Origin: a virus
Direction: 5' to 3' (one strand)
IMG/VR virus record: IMGVR_UViG_3300031132_000332
DNA length: 64,000 nucleotides
A model generated the notes under the pieces. It searched no databases and was not told the origin of the DNA. It saw nothing but the letters and a program-made list of their open reading frames with translations. This document shows positions 44,792-54,598 of the stretch, in pieces. Both the position numbers and the translations under genes were made by a program. The number at the start of each line of letters is the position of its first letter. The first letter of the stretch is position 1.

Positions 44792-46171
44792 ATGGCTCTT
44801 GAATTCTCACGCGCCGAGTCTGCCACTCGCGGTTCCAGCATCATCCTGTTCTACCCGGATGGTCCGTTCTTCGTTGATGGTACTCACGAGAAGTACGCTG
44901 ACATTGTTCGCCTCATTGAGGCTTCCGCTGATGAGGACGCAATTCGCCGCCTCACCCACCCTGATGAGTTCGCCCTTGGCGGCGACGCTCTCACCCGCCT
45001 TGCTACTGTTCTCGGTGTTGTTTCCGAGGCTGACGTTGATTTCGTTTACCGTCGCGGCACTGGTTCTGAGGTTCACGTTTCTACCACCATCGTTCGCCTG
45101 GTTGACCACCAGAGCGGCGAGACCATTCTTGTTGCTGACCCTGATGGGGATGGCACGCTTACCCACTACCGTTCTTCTTTCGTGAGTGAGCTTGTTATTG
45201 ACGAGGGCCTTGCTGCTGATGTTTTCGGCTCTGACAACGCAGACGACACGGACGAGTACGAGGATGATGTTCTTGATGCTGAGGACGAGGATGCCGTTCT
45301 TGCTGATGTGGCTCGTATGTTTGCTGCTGCTTCGGTTCTTCAGACTCGGACCATCCCTGCTGTCGGTGACACCACGCAGGATGCTTTCCAGATTGTCCGT
45401 GATGCTGCTGCGAACGGTGACGAGGTTGCTGTCAACTTCAATTACACCACCGCTGAGGGCGAGGCTCGCCGCGTTGTGGACTTCACCGTGAACGAGGTTG
45501 TTGCCACCACTGGTGCCAATGTTCATCTGTTCATTGGTCGTCGCGCTGAGGATGACGCTGTTCGCTCCTATCGTACTGACCGCATCCAGAACCTTGTGGT
45601 TGTTGGTAACCAGGCTGCGGGCGCTGTTCAGGCTGACCCGAACACTGGCGTTGTTGCTGATGCTGCGGTTGACACTGATGCAGAGCAGGTTGTTCGTGAT
45701 GCTGTTGCAAACGGTGATGACATTGTTATCAACTTCAACTACACCACTGTTGACGGTGAGCCGCGAACGCTGACGAACTTCAAGCCGTCCGCTATTCGTC
45801 CGACTGCAACTCCTGGCATTGACCTGCTCATTGGTATTCGTTCCGAGGACGATGAGCAGCGCACCTACCGTCTTGACCGCGTGACGGACCTTGAGGTTGT
45901 GAACGGTGACCAGGCTGTTCAGGCTGGCCCTGAGGTTCACGAGACGCTGCTTGCGGCTCTTGACAACGATGGTCCTGTCTTCGTGACCTTCTCCTACACC
46001 AGTGCACAGGGTAACACCCGCACTGTTCGTAACGCTGAGGTCAGCGACGTGGTTTACTCTCGTAACCACGCAGGCAAGTACCTGCTCCTGGCTCGTCGTG
46101 AGCGCGATGCTGAGGACAAGCAGTACCGTACCGACCGCATTGAGAACCTCGTTTTCAACCAGGCCGACTGA
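44792..46171 (+). CDS. Protein with possible rIIB-like N-terminus, acidic linker and three tandem WYL-like domains
   Basis: Three repeats of V.(V/I)(N/T)F.YT...G..R...RSYRTDRI / RTYRLDRV / KQYRTDRI. N-terminal FFVDGTHEKYADIV recalls rIIB starts; no HTH visible. Confidence 0.7.
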   Translation: MALEFSRAESATRGSSIILFYPDGPFFVDGTHEKYADIVRLIEASADEDAIRRLTHPDEFALGGDALTRLATVLGVVSEADVDFVYRRGTGSEVHVSTTIVRLVDHQSGETILVADPDGDGTLTHYRSSFVSELVIDEGLAADVFGSDNADDTDEYEDDVLDAEDEDAVLADVARMFAAASVLQTRTIPAVGDTTQDAFQIVRDAAANGDEVAVNFNYTTAEGEARRVVDFTVNEVVATTGANVHLFIGRRAEDDAVRSYRTDRIQNLVVVGNQAAGAVQADPNTGVVADAAVDTDAEQVVRDAVANGDDIVINFNYTTVDGEPRTLTNFKPSAIRPTATPGIDLLIGIRSEDDEQRTYRLDRVTDLEVVNGDQAVQAGPEVHETLLAALDNDGPVFVTFSYTSAQGNTRTVRNAEVSDVVYSRNHAGKYLLLARRERDAEDKQYRTDRIENLVFNQAD

Positions 46172-46177
46172 CACACT

Positions 46178-46280
46178 TCCCTGCCGCTCCTAATTCTCTC
46201 TCCTTTCTCTACAACAGGAGCGGCAGGGACACAGCCCTCCTACCATCCATATTTCTCTCCTTGTGGATGGTAGGAGGGCT
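46178..46280. other. Twin GC-rich hairpins with TCTCTCCTT loops
   Basis: Stems 46178-91/46216-29 (14 bp) and 46233-49/46264-80 (17 bp); both loops contain TCTCTCCTT. Confidence 0.6.
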
Positions 46281-46308
46281 TCTTCGCGTCTTCCGATAGT
46301 TGTGTATT

Positions 46309-48240
46309 ATGGCAACACCACGACGCAAACCAACACGATCCACAACAGGGGCGAAGAAAGCTGCCCCGAAAAAGAAAGTCGTTGTCAAACCAACCAAAGC
46401 GAAATCCGTTCCAGGAAGCAAAGGTGGTTTCACGGCTCTTATGCGTGAAGCAGAAAACAAAGGAAAGCCTCAAACCGCTGTAAAGCAAGCTGACCCGAAC
46501 TCTTTTGCTTCCATCATCAAAGCAATGCGCGCCATCTATGGTGATAAGCGTGTGCACATCCTTGAAGTTCCTTACATGGAACGCGGAGTTGCTCAGGCTA
46601 TGGGGGCTGAGTATGTGGAACGAATCAAGAAATACGTTTCAGCAGGAGATTTGCTCCCTCTGCCACTTCATCCATATAAGTCAGAAGATTTCTCATACAA
46701 CCGTTGGATGGAAGACCAAATCAACGGTCGTATTCAAACTCCTGAAAAGCCAAAAGGTGGCTACTTCACTCCCCGACCTCACCAGCAGGAAGCTATAGAT
46801 GCTATCAAACGGGCAGCAGCGGCTGGCTGGCGAGGTTTCATAGAGGCTGACGCTACTGGTCTGGGTAAAACTATTTCAGGGCTTGTAGGGGCTTCTGAGG
46901 CGGCAAGCATTAAAGGCTTCACTCGGCAGAAGAAAGCAAAGATGCTTATCATCTCACCAAATCGCGCACTTCCTCACTGGAGGAACACTATTCGGCATTT
47001 GCAGTTGGATAATCTTCGTATTCAAGTCATCAACTATGAGCAGTATAAGAAGCTTCTCACGGTTCCAAGCTCAGCTGCAACTGTCAAGAAAGCTAAAACG
47101 AAGAACAAACACATCACGGAGTCAGGAAAACCGTTCATTCAGTGGGACTTCATCATTGCTGATGAATCGCATAAAATCAAGAACTATACATCTCAACGCA
47201 CTAAGGTGTTTGAACGTGTCGCTCGTTATGCGGAGACAGCAGATAAAGCCCCATTCATTATTTGGCAGAGCGCAACTCTTGGACAGAACCCGTTAGAGCT
47301 CGCCTACTTAGCTCCATTGTTTAGTCAGGTCGCAAAACGCAGCCTGACGATGGAAACCTTCCCGGCATGGCTGCAAGAAGTTGGATTCCATGTTCAGAAG
47401 AAAGGTGATACTTGGCAGTGGGTCAAACCGGCGAACCCACAAGATGCAATTCCACGTGAACAGCAACGTCAAGATGTCCAACGTCTGGCAGAAATCCTGT
47501 TCGCTCCCAAAGCTCCTTCCATTCGGAGAAAGCCAGAAGACATTGCTGGTTGGCCAGAAGTCAACAAGATTGCTCTTCCTATTCAGTTAGACCCTGACTC
47601 AGCTCAGCAATACAACAAGCTGTGGACTGAGTTCCGTAAGTCGATGCACCTGAAAGTCAAAGGCAAAAACCCGAAATCGGTACTTGCAGAGCAGCTTCGG
47701 TTTGCTCAGAAAGCTTCATTGCTACGGGTGCCTCAGACTGTTGACAACATTGTTGATTTGTTGGAGAACGGATATCAAGTTGCTGTCAGTGTACGGTTCA
47801 TCGAAACACTGGAAGCAATCAAGAGTTCCTTGAAGAAGTTAGGATTGGACGCTTCTGAATTCTCAGGCCGTGATTTCATCAACACTGAGCATGAGAGAAT
47901 GCTGTTCCAGAAAGGTGACAACAAAGTTATTTTGTTCACTGTGGAAGAAGCAGTTTCATTCCATGCAAAAGAACAGCTCCCTGATGGCACAATAGCTTCA
48001 CCATTCCCACGAGCCCTGCTTATTCATGACATGCGTTACTCAGCTCTTTCAATGACACAAATCGTTGGAAGAACGCATAGAGACGGTCAGGCTGCTAATG
48101 CGTACTTCATGTATTCAGAAGGGACAGTTGAGGAAGCCATGCTGAACATCATGCTCAACAAAATGCAGAACATGTCAGTGCTTTCTGGTGATGAAGAAGA
48201 AGATACTCTGATGGAATTGTTGGAGAATTTACCTGAGTGA
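46309..48240 (+). CDS. Superfamily II (SNF2-like) helicase with basic N-terminus
   Basis: PRPHQQEAI, DATGLGKT, IIADESH, QIVGRTHR; DUF5710-like LEVPYMERGVAQAMGA. Confidence 0.85.
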   Translation: MATPRRKPTRSTTGAKKAAPKKKVVVKPTKAKSVPGSKGGFTALMREAENKGKPQTAVKQADPNSFASIIKAMRAIYGDKRVHILEVPYMERGVAQAMGAEYVERIKKYVSAGDLLPLPLHPYKSEDFSYNRWMEDQINGRIQTPEKPKGGYFTPRPHQQEAIDAIKRAAAAGWRGFIEADATGLGKTISGLVGASEAASIKGFTRQKKAKMLIISPNRALPHWRNTIRHLQLDNLRIQVINYEQYKKLLTVPSSAATVKKAKTKNKHITESGKPFIQWDFIIADESHKIKNYTSQRTKVFERVARYAETADKAPFIIWQSATLGQNPLELAYLAPLFSQVAKRSLTMETFPAWLQEVGFHVQKKGDTWQWVKPANPQDAIPREQQRQDVQRLAEILFAPKAPSIRRKPEDIAGWPEVNKIALPIQLDPDSAQQYNKLWTEFRKSMHLKVKGKNPKSVLAEQLRFAQKASLLRVPQTVDNIVDLLENGYQVAVSVRFIETLEAIKSSLKKLGLDASEFSGRDFINTEHERMLFQKGDNKVILFTVEEAVSFHAKEQLPDGTIASPFPRALLIHDMRYSALSMTQIVGRTHRDGQAANAYFMYSEGTVEEAMLNIMLNKMQNMSVLSGDEEEDTLMELLENLPE

Positions 48241-48252
48241 AAATTAGTTGAT

Positions 48253-48296
48253 AAAAACGCGACTTGTCCCCAGTAGTGAGGACAAGTCGCGTTTTT
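48253..48296. terminator. 17-bp hairpin terminator
   Basis: AAAAACGCGACTTGTCC / GGACAAGTCGCGTTTTT; followed by ACCGATAA at 48308-15. Confidence 0.75.
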
Positions 48297-48375
48297 AATG
48301 GGGTACAACCGATAAGGCTTTAACGGTTTGTACAGTGTACCTGTACAAATGAAAAACCCCTATCCCCAGGAAACA

Positions 48376-49707
48376 ATGCTTAAAATTCACCAAGTTCTCA
48401 AATCTTCCCGTGCTGCCATTGATCTTGCCAGCATCATGGTTGGTATCATCGTCATCGGTTTGATCGGTGGTGTTATCGCTGCTACCGTCTTTGCTGTCAT
48501 TCCATGGGCGCAAGATAATGCCGCGAAGCAACAGTTAGACCCTATTGCTTCTGCCGAGTCTGCGTATCGCGGTCTCTCAACCAGCAAGGATGCAAACCTA
48601 CAAGACGCGGTAAGTTCACCTACAAGCACTACTGACCCTAATCAAGTTGTGTTGAATAGCGCTTTCACTGGTTCATCTGGTCTTGCTAAAAATGGCTTGC
48701 TTTCGTTGAGTCCCAATGGAGCTTATTGTGTGATTTCTACTGTTGATGGTAAAGATTATCATGCGTACTCTAAAAGCGGGTCAGGTAAATGGTTCTACAT
48801 CACCAGTGGTAAAACGCAGGCAAGTGAATACACAAATGGAGATGTTCCATGCGTGACTGCTGATACTGCTACTTCTACGAACCCTGCTGGAACAGTCAAC
48901 CCAGTAGTTGATAATGGGTCAACTGCCGTAGGTACGAAACCAACAAGCGGTGGAAATGCAGGTGGAACAACTCCACCTGTAAATGTTCCAAATACTACAA
49001 CTGCAATCATTACAGTTAACTGTGCCGTTACCACTACTTACACTGCTCCATTTTATGGATTTAGTGGAACAATGACAGTGAATGATGTAAGTGATGGAAA
49101 ACAATATCTGACCACTCGACCAACAGTTGCTGTGGCAGCTGGAACCACATACACGTTGAAACTCACTGGAACCTATACAAGTCTGCAAGTGAACAACGTG
49201 GGTACAACTATCTCTGACCCATGTTTGCGAACAGTAGACGCTTGGGGAGACACCAGTAAAACTACTTCTGTCGCTCAGGCATTCTCTGGTGCAACGAATT
49301 TGGTTTCAGTCCCTGACTACCTTCCTGCGAATTTCACTGACCTAGTTGCAATGTTCTACGGTGCCACAAGCTTCAACTCACCGAATATCACCAACTGGAA
49401 CATGACAAAGGTCAAATCCGTCAACAATATGTTCAACGGTGCAACAAGCTTCAACCAAGACCTGAGTAAATGGGATGTATCAAACATCCTTACCTACCGT
49501 GGAACTTTCTTTGGAGCCAAGGCTTTCAATCAAAATATCTCTGGCTGGAAGACCGCTAATGCAACAGATATGCAAGTAATGTTTGCGAATACGACAAGTT
49601 TCTCCCAGGATATTAGTGGGTGGAATGTAACGAACGTCGCAACTTATGGAAGTTTTGCTTCTGGTTCTAAGTTAACATCAGCACAGATTCCTGCAAAGTT
49701 TAGATAA
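48376..49707 (+). CDS. Pilin-like adhesin paralog with DUF285/BspA repeats
   Basis: MLKIHQVLKSSRAAIDLASIMVG...; Cys pair; FNQDLSKWDVSN repeats. Confidence 0.85.
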   Translation: MLKIHQVLKSSRAAIDLASIMVGIIVIGLIGGVIAATVFAVIPWAQDNAAKQQLDPIASAESAYRGLSTSKDANLQDAVSSPTSTTDPNQVVLNSAFTGSSGLAKNGLLSLSPNGAYCVISTVDGKDYHAYSKSGSGKWFYITSGKTQASEYTNGDVPCVTADTATSTNPAGTVNPVVDNGSTAVGTKPTSGGNAGGTTPPVNVPNTTTAIITVNCAVTTTYTAPFYGFSGTMTVNDVSDGKQYLTTRPTVAVAAGTTYTLKLTGTYTSLQVNNVGTTISDPCLRTVDAWGDTSKTTSVAQAFSGATNLVSVPDYLPANFTDLVAMFYGATSFNSPNITNWNMTKVKSVNNMFNGATSFNQDLSKWDVSNILTYRGTFFGAKAFNQNISGWKTANATDMQVMFANTTSFSQDISGWNVTNVATYGSFASGSKLTSAQIPAKFR

Positions 49708-49718
49708 CCAATAGCGCG

Positions 49719-49755
49719 TAAGTAAGGACCCAGCAATCTGCTGGGTCCTTACTTA
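49719..49755. terminator. Bidirectional 17-bp hairpin
   Basis: TAAGTAAGGACCCAGCA / TGCTGGGTCCTTACTTA between convergent genes. Confidence 0.8.
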
Positions 49756-49756
49756 T

Positions 49757-50581
49757 TTAACGTCCTACATAGTGGTCTTTGACAGCAGTCCACGACATAG
49801 GGATAATTTCAACATCCAGACTACTCAGTTCTAATAGCGCAAGATTGTTGTATGAACCATCCATATCCAGCCCAATGCTATGAAGCGTGTATCCTTCAAC
49901 ACCATCATGAAGATAGCTGGTCTTATCTGCATGCACATGATAATGACCATGCATAAACAAGTCAGGTTTTACGCCGTCAACTGCTTGACGCATCATGGCG
50001 CGAGATTCATTGGCGTATGCAATCTCTGAGCTGAACCACATATCATTATCAACACGATGTGACCCGAACAAATCCACACCCGTAGGACTATCATGAGCAA
50101 GCATGATGTCAGCATGCCCGCCTTGCACAGTGTCAAAAACGTTCTGCAGCGTGATGCTTTCCGCTTTCCACCAGCTTAGATTTTCAATACGTCCCTGCTT
50201 ATCAATGCTGTTCGCTCCGCCAAGTGAAACAAAGGAACGGTCATTCCACGTCCACCGTGTGCCACGTTCAGCGACAAGGATATTTGGATACTGCTTGTTA
50301 TAACGCCAGCCAGGAAAATGCGGATGTGGCTGTAATGCGCTTACCTGCACATAGTCTTCGTGATTTCCAAGAGTGACATACAACAGCTGCTCATTTGCAG
50401 CTAAACGCTTATTCGTTTTGTACAGATACTTCTGTCCATTGTTTCCAGGCCAGAAACCGAAGTCGCCTAGCTGCAAGATATGCTTGACTCCAAGCTCAGC
50501 AAAACGGTTGATAGCAATTCCTGCCCAACCTGTGTTGCCATGCCAATCGCCGGCGACTCCTACAATATCAAACGCGTTCAT
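49757..50581 (-). CDS. Calcineurin-like metallophosphoesterase
   Basis: GDWHG, LGDFG, LGNHE, AHD, HGHYH motifs in order. Confidence 0.9.
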   Translation of the reverse strand: MNAFDIVGVAGDWHGNTGWAGIAINRFAELGVKHILQLGDFGFWPGNNGQKYLYKTNKRLAANEQLLYVTLGNHEDYVQVSALQPHPHFPGWRYNKQYPNILVAERGTRWTWNDRSFVSLGGANSIDKQGRIENLSWWKAESITLQNVFDTVQGGHADIMLAHDSPTGVDLFGSHRVDNDMWFSSEIAYANESRAMMRQAVDGVKPDLFMHGHYHVHADKTSYLHDGVEGYTLHSIGLDMDGSYNNLALLELSSLDVEIIPMSWTAVKDHYVGR

Positions 50582-50624
50582 CTCTACATCCTATCATAGA
50601 GAAGCTATGCGCGGCAACATGTAT

Positions 50625-51329
50625 TCAGCGGCGTTCCATGGAGTGCAGTTCTTTGTCAGAGGTAAGAGGAGCTACAGGAGGGTTTTTGTAGTCTCTGGAC
50701 GGCACATTGTTTTGTGTTGACTTGATGTACTGTTCAAATGTTTTGTTAGCGAACGTATCACAGCTTTGTGATGAGTCCCAGCTGGCGAAGGCAATCTCAC
50801 GGTTCAACGGTAGAATGTTGTCGCCTGTGTCATTCAGATTCCATTTCAGAACCAGAACTTTGTCAGAATGGGTGTCATTCCATGTATCAGCATAGTCCTT
50901 CACGTATTTGTAACCATCTTCTGTGAAGTCAACAGAAGTCCAAATAACGTGATAACCTTCCCACTGAGCTCTGAGAATCTCAGGATATGTGTAAGGATTT
51001 TTATCCCCGAATTTCAATTCTGTGTACTTACTGAAATCAAAAGCCTGATTAGACATGTAACCGTATACAGGAATAGTCATAGGGTGATGAGGGATATCAC
51101 CTTTGTAGCCCTCTGGAATTGTTCCAAAACGTTCTTTTTCTGGTGAGAAAATGAACGTATCACCGCACTGGGATAAGATTCCGTCAGAGTTCGCTGGGAT
51201 AGTTACACTGTTGTAAATGTTTTGGGAAGGTGAGTTATTTGATGGTGTTGCAAACGTTAAATAAGTCAATCCACCGATGCTTACAGCAAGCAGCCCCGCA
51301 ATAAGGGTCTTAGTTCCTCTATACAACAT
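50625..51329 (-). CDS. Membrane-anchored secreted protein, DUF3105-like (tentative)
   Basis: N-terminal TM; ILRAQWEGYHVIW and IAFASWDSSQSC resemble DUF3105 motifs. Confidence 0.5.
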   Translation of the reverse strand: MLYRGTKTLIAGLLAVSIGGLTYLTFATPSNNSPSQNIYNSVTIPANSDGILSQCGDTFIFSPEKERFGTIPEGYKGDIPHHPMTIPVYGYMSNQAFDFSKYTELKFGDKNPYTYPEILRAQWEGYHVIWTSVDFTEDGYKYVKDYADTWNDTHSDKVLVLKWNLNDTGDNILPLNREIAFASWDSSQSCDTFANKTFEQYIKSTQNNVPSRDYKNPPVAPLTSDKELHSMERR

Positions 51330-51339
51330 GATTTATCCT

Positions 51340-51366
51340 TTATCGGCTCTACTAAATAAGCCTATA
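51340..51366 (-). promoter_or_regulatory. sigma28-like promoter
   Basis: TATAGGCT-N11-GCCGATAA; GTAGAGCCGATAAA (14 nt) is identical to the Rhs promoter at 10588-601. Confidence 0.65.
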
Positions 51367-51375
51367 GGATGAAAC

Positions 51376-52110
51376 ATGAATGATGTGGTAACCGTTGATA
51401 ATTTAGTTGTGAAATACGAAGAGTTCACAGCTGTCAAAAATGTTTCCTTCTCCGTTGCAGCAGGAGAAGTTCGTGGTGTGTTGGGAGGTAATGGTGCTGG
51501 AAAATCCACCACACTCCGTGTCTTGGGTGGTGTCATCCGACCGACTGATGGAAACATCAGTATTGGTGGTGTCAGCACAAAAACGTTCAATGGAGTCAAC
51601 AAAGCCCGCTCCTTGACAGGATACTGCCCTGATGTGGGAGGACTTGTTTCAGGAGCTACTCCATTAGAGCATGTTCGTTTGCTGGCATCTTTACATAAAG
51701 ATAAGAGCTTATACGAAAAAGGGAAAGCTGAGATTGAGCGTTTCAACTTAGGTGAGTTCAAGAACACTCCTGTGTCAGGATTCTCCCACGGTATGATGCG
51801 TCGCCTTAGCGTTCTTCTTGCTTTCATCTCCGCCCGCAAGCTCCTCATCCTCGATGAACCTTTTGATGGTGTTGACCCATTAGGTGTTGATATCATCAAC
51901 GCGGTCATCCAAGATGCTCGTACAGCAGGCTTAGGTGTTCTAGTTTCCACCCATTTGCAGAACCTTCTTGTGGATGTCTCCGACTCCATCAACGTGATGT
52001 CCAAAGGTGAACTTCTGCAAGTAATTCCAGCAGAAGAACTTGCAGGAGCTGGCGGAGTAGACAAATACACGAACATGCTTATTGCTCATACGGAAGAGAA
52101 TGCAGCATGA
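51376..52110 (+). CDS. ABC transporter ATP-binding subunit
   Basis: GGNGAGKST, FSHGMMRR signature variant, LILDEP, VSTH. Confidence 0.92.
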   Translation: MNDVVTVDNLVVKYEEFTAVKNVSFSVAAGEVRGVLGGNGAGKSTTLRVLGGVIRPTDGNISIGGVSTKTFNGVNKARSLTGYCPDVGGLVSGATPLEHVRLLASLHKDKSLYEKGKAEIERFNLGEFKNTPVSGFSHGMMRRLSVLLAFISARKLLILDEPFDGVDPLGVDIINAVIQDARTAGLGVLVSTHLQNLLVDVSDSINVMSKGELLQVIPAEELAGAGGVDKYTNMLIAHTEENAA

Positions 52111-53681
52111 GATTGTTCTTTTCAGGGTTGAATGACTCCTTCACTCTCCTTGCTTTTCGTTTCGCTAACACGAAGCCTATCTTTCGTGTCTTAGGCGTAC
52201 TGTTCCTTCTGGGCAGTTTAGGAACCATCGCAGCATCATTGCAGTCGACACATCTTATCCGAATTATCATGACAACTCAGTTGCCTGAGGATAACCCTAC
52301 AACGGAAACTGCACGACGAATGCAGCAGTTTATTTCCATCTACCTTGGTTGGTACACATCAGGTCAGATGAGTCTTTTCGTAGCTGTTGCTGTAGCGCTG
52401 CTGTTAGGTTCTATTATCTTCGTGCCATTCTCCGGTTACGTTATTCACGGGATGGTATCCCACAGTGAAATGGTTATCATCAAAAATGGTGACACATATC
52501 GCATCGGGGATAGTGTGCTGTTCCAGATTATCTCATCCTTCACACTTATCCAATTGGTGGGTCTCACCGTTGCGGCTCAGCTGATAACCTTTGACGCGCT
52601 GCATCCAGCGTTCGCTATTGTGTTTGTTTGGGGTATCTGGTTACTAATGACATTGGTAACAGCGCTATTCTCCTGGGTTGTGGAATATGTTGCCCGTAAA
52701 TTTGGCTCATTCCAGCGGATAGGATTCTTAGGTCTGTTCATCCTTTCCTTAGCGCTATTTATTCTTCTTGACCCAAAACATGGAACAACGTTGTTCGGTG
52801 CAGCACCAGGAATTTTTGCCTTCCTCAACCAGTTAGCTTCTGGGGATGTAAAGCTTTTCGTAGCTTCTCTTGTTATTCTGGCAGGTGCCTGTGTAGCGGT
52901 TATTTACGCTCTATCTTTGATGGCTGCTCATACCTTGCAGATTCCTGAGCCGTTGACAGTATCTAAGACGAATGAGAAGCAAATCCGTGGAGGTGCACTG
53001 CCTCTACGTCCCGCCTTCCTTCTTATTCGCTTACTATTCCGTTACAACACTGTCACGAAACCTGTGTTTACTGCTGTTGCGTTTGCTACTGTCATCATTC
53101 TACTTCTTCGCGGGGATAGTGCGTTGACTACAACCATGATTGTTCTGCCGCTGGCAGTAGGTGTTTCCTTCGGAGCGAATATTTTCGGTCTTATCAGCGG
53201 TTCTGTGAACTTCCTATTCTCCATTCAGAACTGGCGAAGAAAGATGATTCTTTCAGGGACCGCAATCATCTTCTTCAGTATCCTACTTATCTACGTTGTT
53301 GTATACGGCATCGGTTTGGTGACGCAAAGCGTTTCTCTGGCTCAGGTAGTGAAAGTCATCCCAGCAATTTTGTCAGTTACATTCGCTACCACAAGTATCT
53401 CCATCTGGCTGTCAGTGAGTCGTCCGCTGCCGTTCTCAGGTAAATCACGTGAGAACCTTATCTCATCACCAACAGCTCTTATTGGATATGTGTTCCTTCT
53501 CCTAATGGGTGCTGGTGGAGCAGGTAACATTGCTCTGTTCGCAACAGGAGCTTCTGCATGGATTATCGCAGGAACGGTTATATTCGTGACCACTATGTGT
53601 TTCATTCTCCTGTACCGTAGTTGGATGTATACAGAGAAATACTCCAAACGCATTCTCAAAGAGACAATCAACGCTGGATAA
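52107..53681 (+). CDS. ABC transporter permease (about 12 TM)
   Basis: ATGA-coupled to the ATPase; highly hydrophobic. Confidence 0.8.
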   Translation: MRLFFSGLNDSFTLLAFRFANTKPIFRVLGVLFLLGSLGTIAASLQSTHLIRIIMTTQLPEDNPTTETARRMQQFISIYLGWYTSGQMSLFVAVAVALLLGSIIFVPFSGYVIHGMVSHSEMVIIKNGDTYRIGDSVLFQIISSFTLIQLVGLTVAAQLITFDALHPAFAIVFVWGIWLLMTLVTALFSWVVEYVARKFGSFQRIGFLGLFILSLALFILLDPKHGTTLFGAAPGIFAFLNQLASGDVKLFVASLVILAGACVAVIYALSLMAAHTLQIPEPLTVSKTNEKQIRGGALPLRPAFLLIRLLFRYNTVTKPVFTAVAFATVIILLLRGDSALTTTMIVLPLAVGVSFGANIFGLISGSVNFLFSIQNWRRKMILSGTAIIFFSILLIYVVVYGIGLVTQSVSLAQVVKVIPAILSVTFATTSISIWLSVSRPLPFSGKSRENLISSPTALIGYVFLLLMGAGGAGNIALFATGASAWIIAGTVIFVTTMCFILLYRSWMYTEKYSKRILKETINAG

Positions 53682-53684
53682 CAG

Positions 53685-53732
53685 CAAAAAGGAGGGAGCG
53701 TAACCGAAATTGGTTACGCTCCCTCCTTTTTG
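53685..53732. terminator. Perfect 21-bp bidirectional terminator
   Basis: CAAAAAGGAGGGAGCGTAACC / GGTTACGCTCCCTCCTTTTTG. Confidence 0.8.
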
Positions 53733-53747
53733 TGGAGAGAACTACGT

Positions 53748-54521
53748 TCAGCGAATCTGACCGCGCTTGCGCTCCTCAGCAACCCAACCAGGGTACTCGT
53801 CAAGCATGATGTTGTACAGCTCAGAGCTGGTCAGAGCGGAAACGTCACCGACAGGCTTGTAATCAGCGTTGTCAATGTAACGGGTGTCAAGGTCGTCAAG
53901 CTTCTCAAGGAACGGCATGGACTCCTTACCAATGGAGAGGAACTGCCAGAAAATCGGGGAGAAAGAAGCCTGGGTGATAGCACGAACAGCCGCAGACTTG
54001 TTATCAGGTGAACCATCAGTCAGGAAGGTTGCGTGAACAGGAAGCTCAGCAGGAGTGGAAAGCGGAGCATTCTCAGGAGCAGTGGACTTGCTGCCACCGA
54101 ACAGGCTCTTCTTGGTGGTGCCGAAGAAGTGGTTACGAACAGCATCAAAAGCACCAGCATAGTTGGTAGTACCCATGTGACGCTTACCGATGAGCTTCTG
54201 AAGACCACCGTTGCGGAAGTTGTCAAGAGTCAGCTCACCGATGTGATAAGCCTCAGTCTCAAAGAGGAAGATGTCAATTGCGCCGTCATCGTCAATCTGA
54301 GTAGCGAACGCAAGTGCACGCTCAGCAAGCTGCTGCATGTTACTCGGTTTCCCGTCACGCTCAGCATACTCGTAACGCATGGAACCAGAGTAGTCAAGAA
54401 CAAGTGCAGCCTTCGCACGGTGACCTGCGAGGCCCTTGTTCTGAAGAGTTGCATTCGCGTTCTTAGCGAGGGAAACCAGCTCAGGGGCCTTGGTCTGAAG
54501 CTTATCAAGTGAAATACCCAT
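53748..54521 (-). CDS. vWA domain protein (TerF-associated vWA-like)
   Basis: ALVLDYSGSM (DxSxS MIDAS), DDDGAIDIFLF, GTTNY, FLTDG, PIFWQFLSIG, LEKLDDL...IDNA. Confidence 0.85.
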   Translation of the reverse strand: MGISLDKLQTKAPELVSLAKNANATLQNKGLAGHRAKAALVLDYSGSMRYEYAERDGKPSNMQQLAERALAFATQIDDDGAIDIFLFETEAYHIGELTLDNFRNGGLQKLIGKRHMGTTNYAGAFDAVRNHFFGTTKKSLFGGSKSTAPENAPLSTPAELPVHATFLTDGSPDNKSAAVRAITQASFSPIFWQFLSIGKESMPFLEKLDDLDTRYIDNADYKPVGDVSALTSSELYNIMLDEYPGWVAEERKRGQIR

Positions 54522-54558
54522 AATAGGATTTGTACCTTTCTCGTACGTAATGGTTAAT

Positions 54559-54587
54559 ATGTTATCAGTCTAAAAGTCGGAAGTCAA
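54559..54587 (-). promoter_or_regulatory. sigmaA promoter
   Basis: TTGACT-N17-TAACAT with extended TG. Confidence 0.6.
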
Positions 54588-54598
54588 GCGGAAAACTT

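Noticed and set aside
42290-46174. Long minus-strand ORFs 42290-43615 and 44807-46174
   Set aside because: Exact antisense shadows of the rIIA-like and WYL genes; the sense genes have the promoters, SD sequences and motifs.
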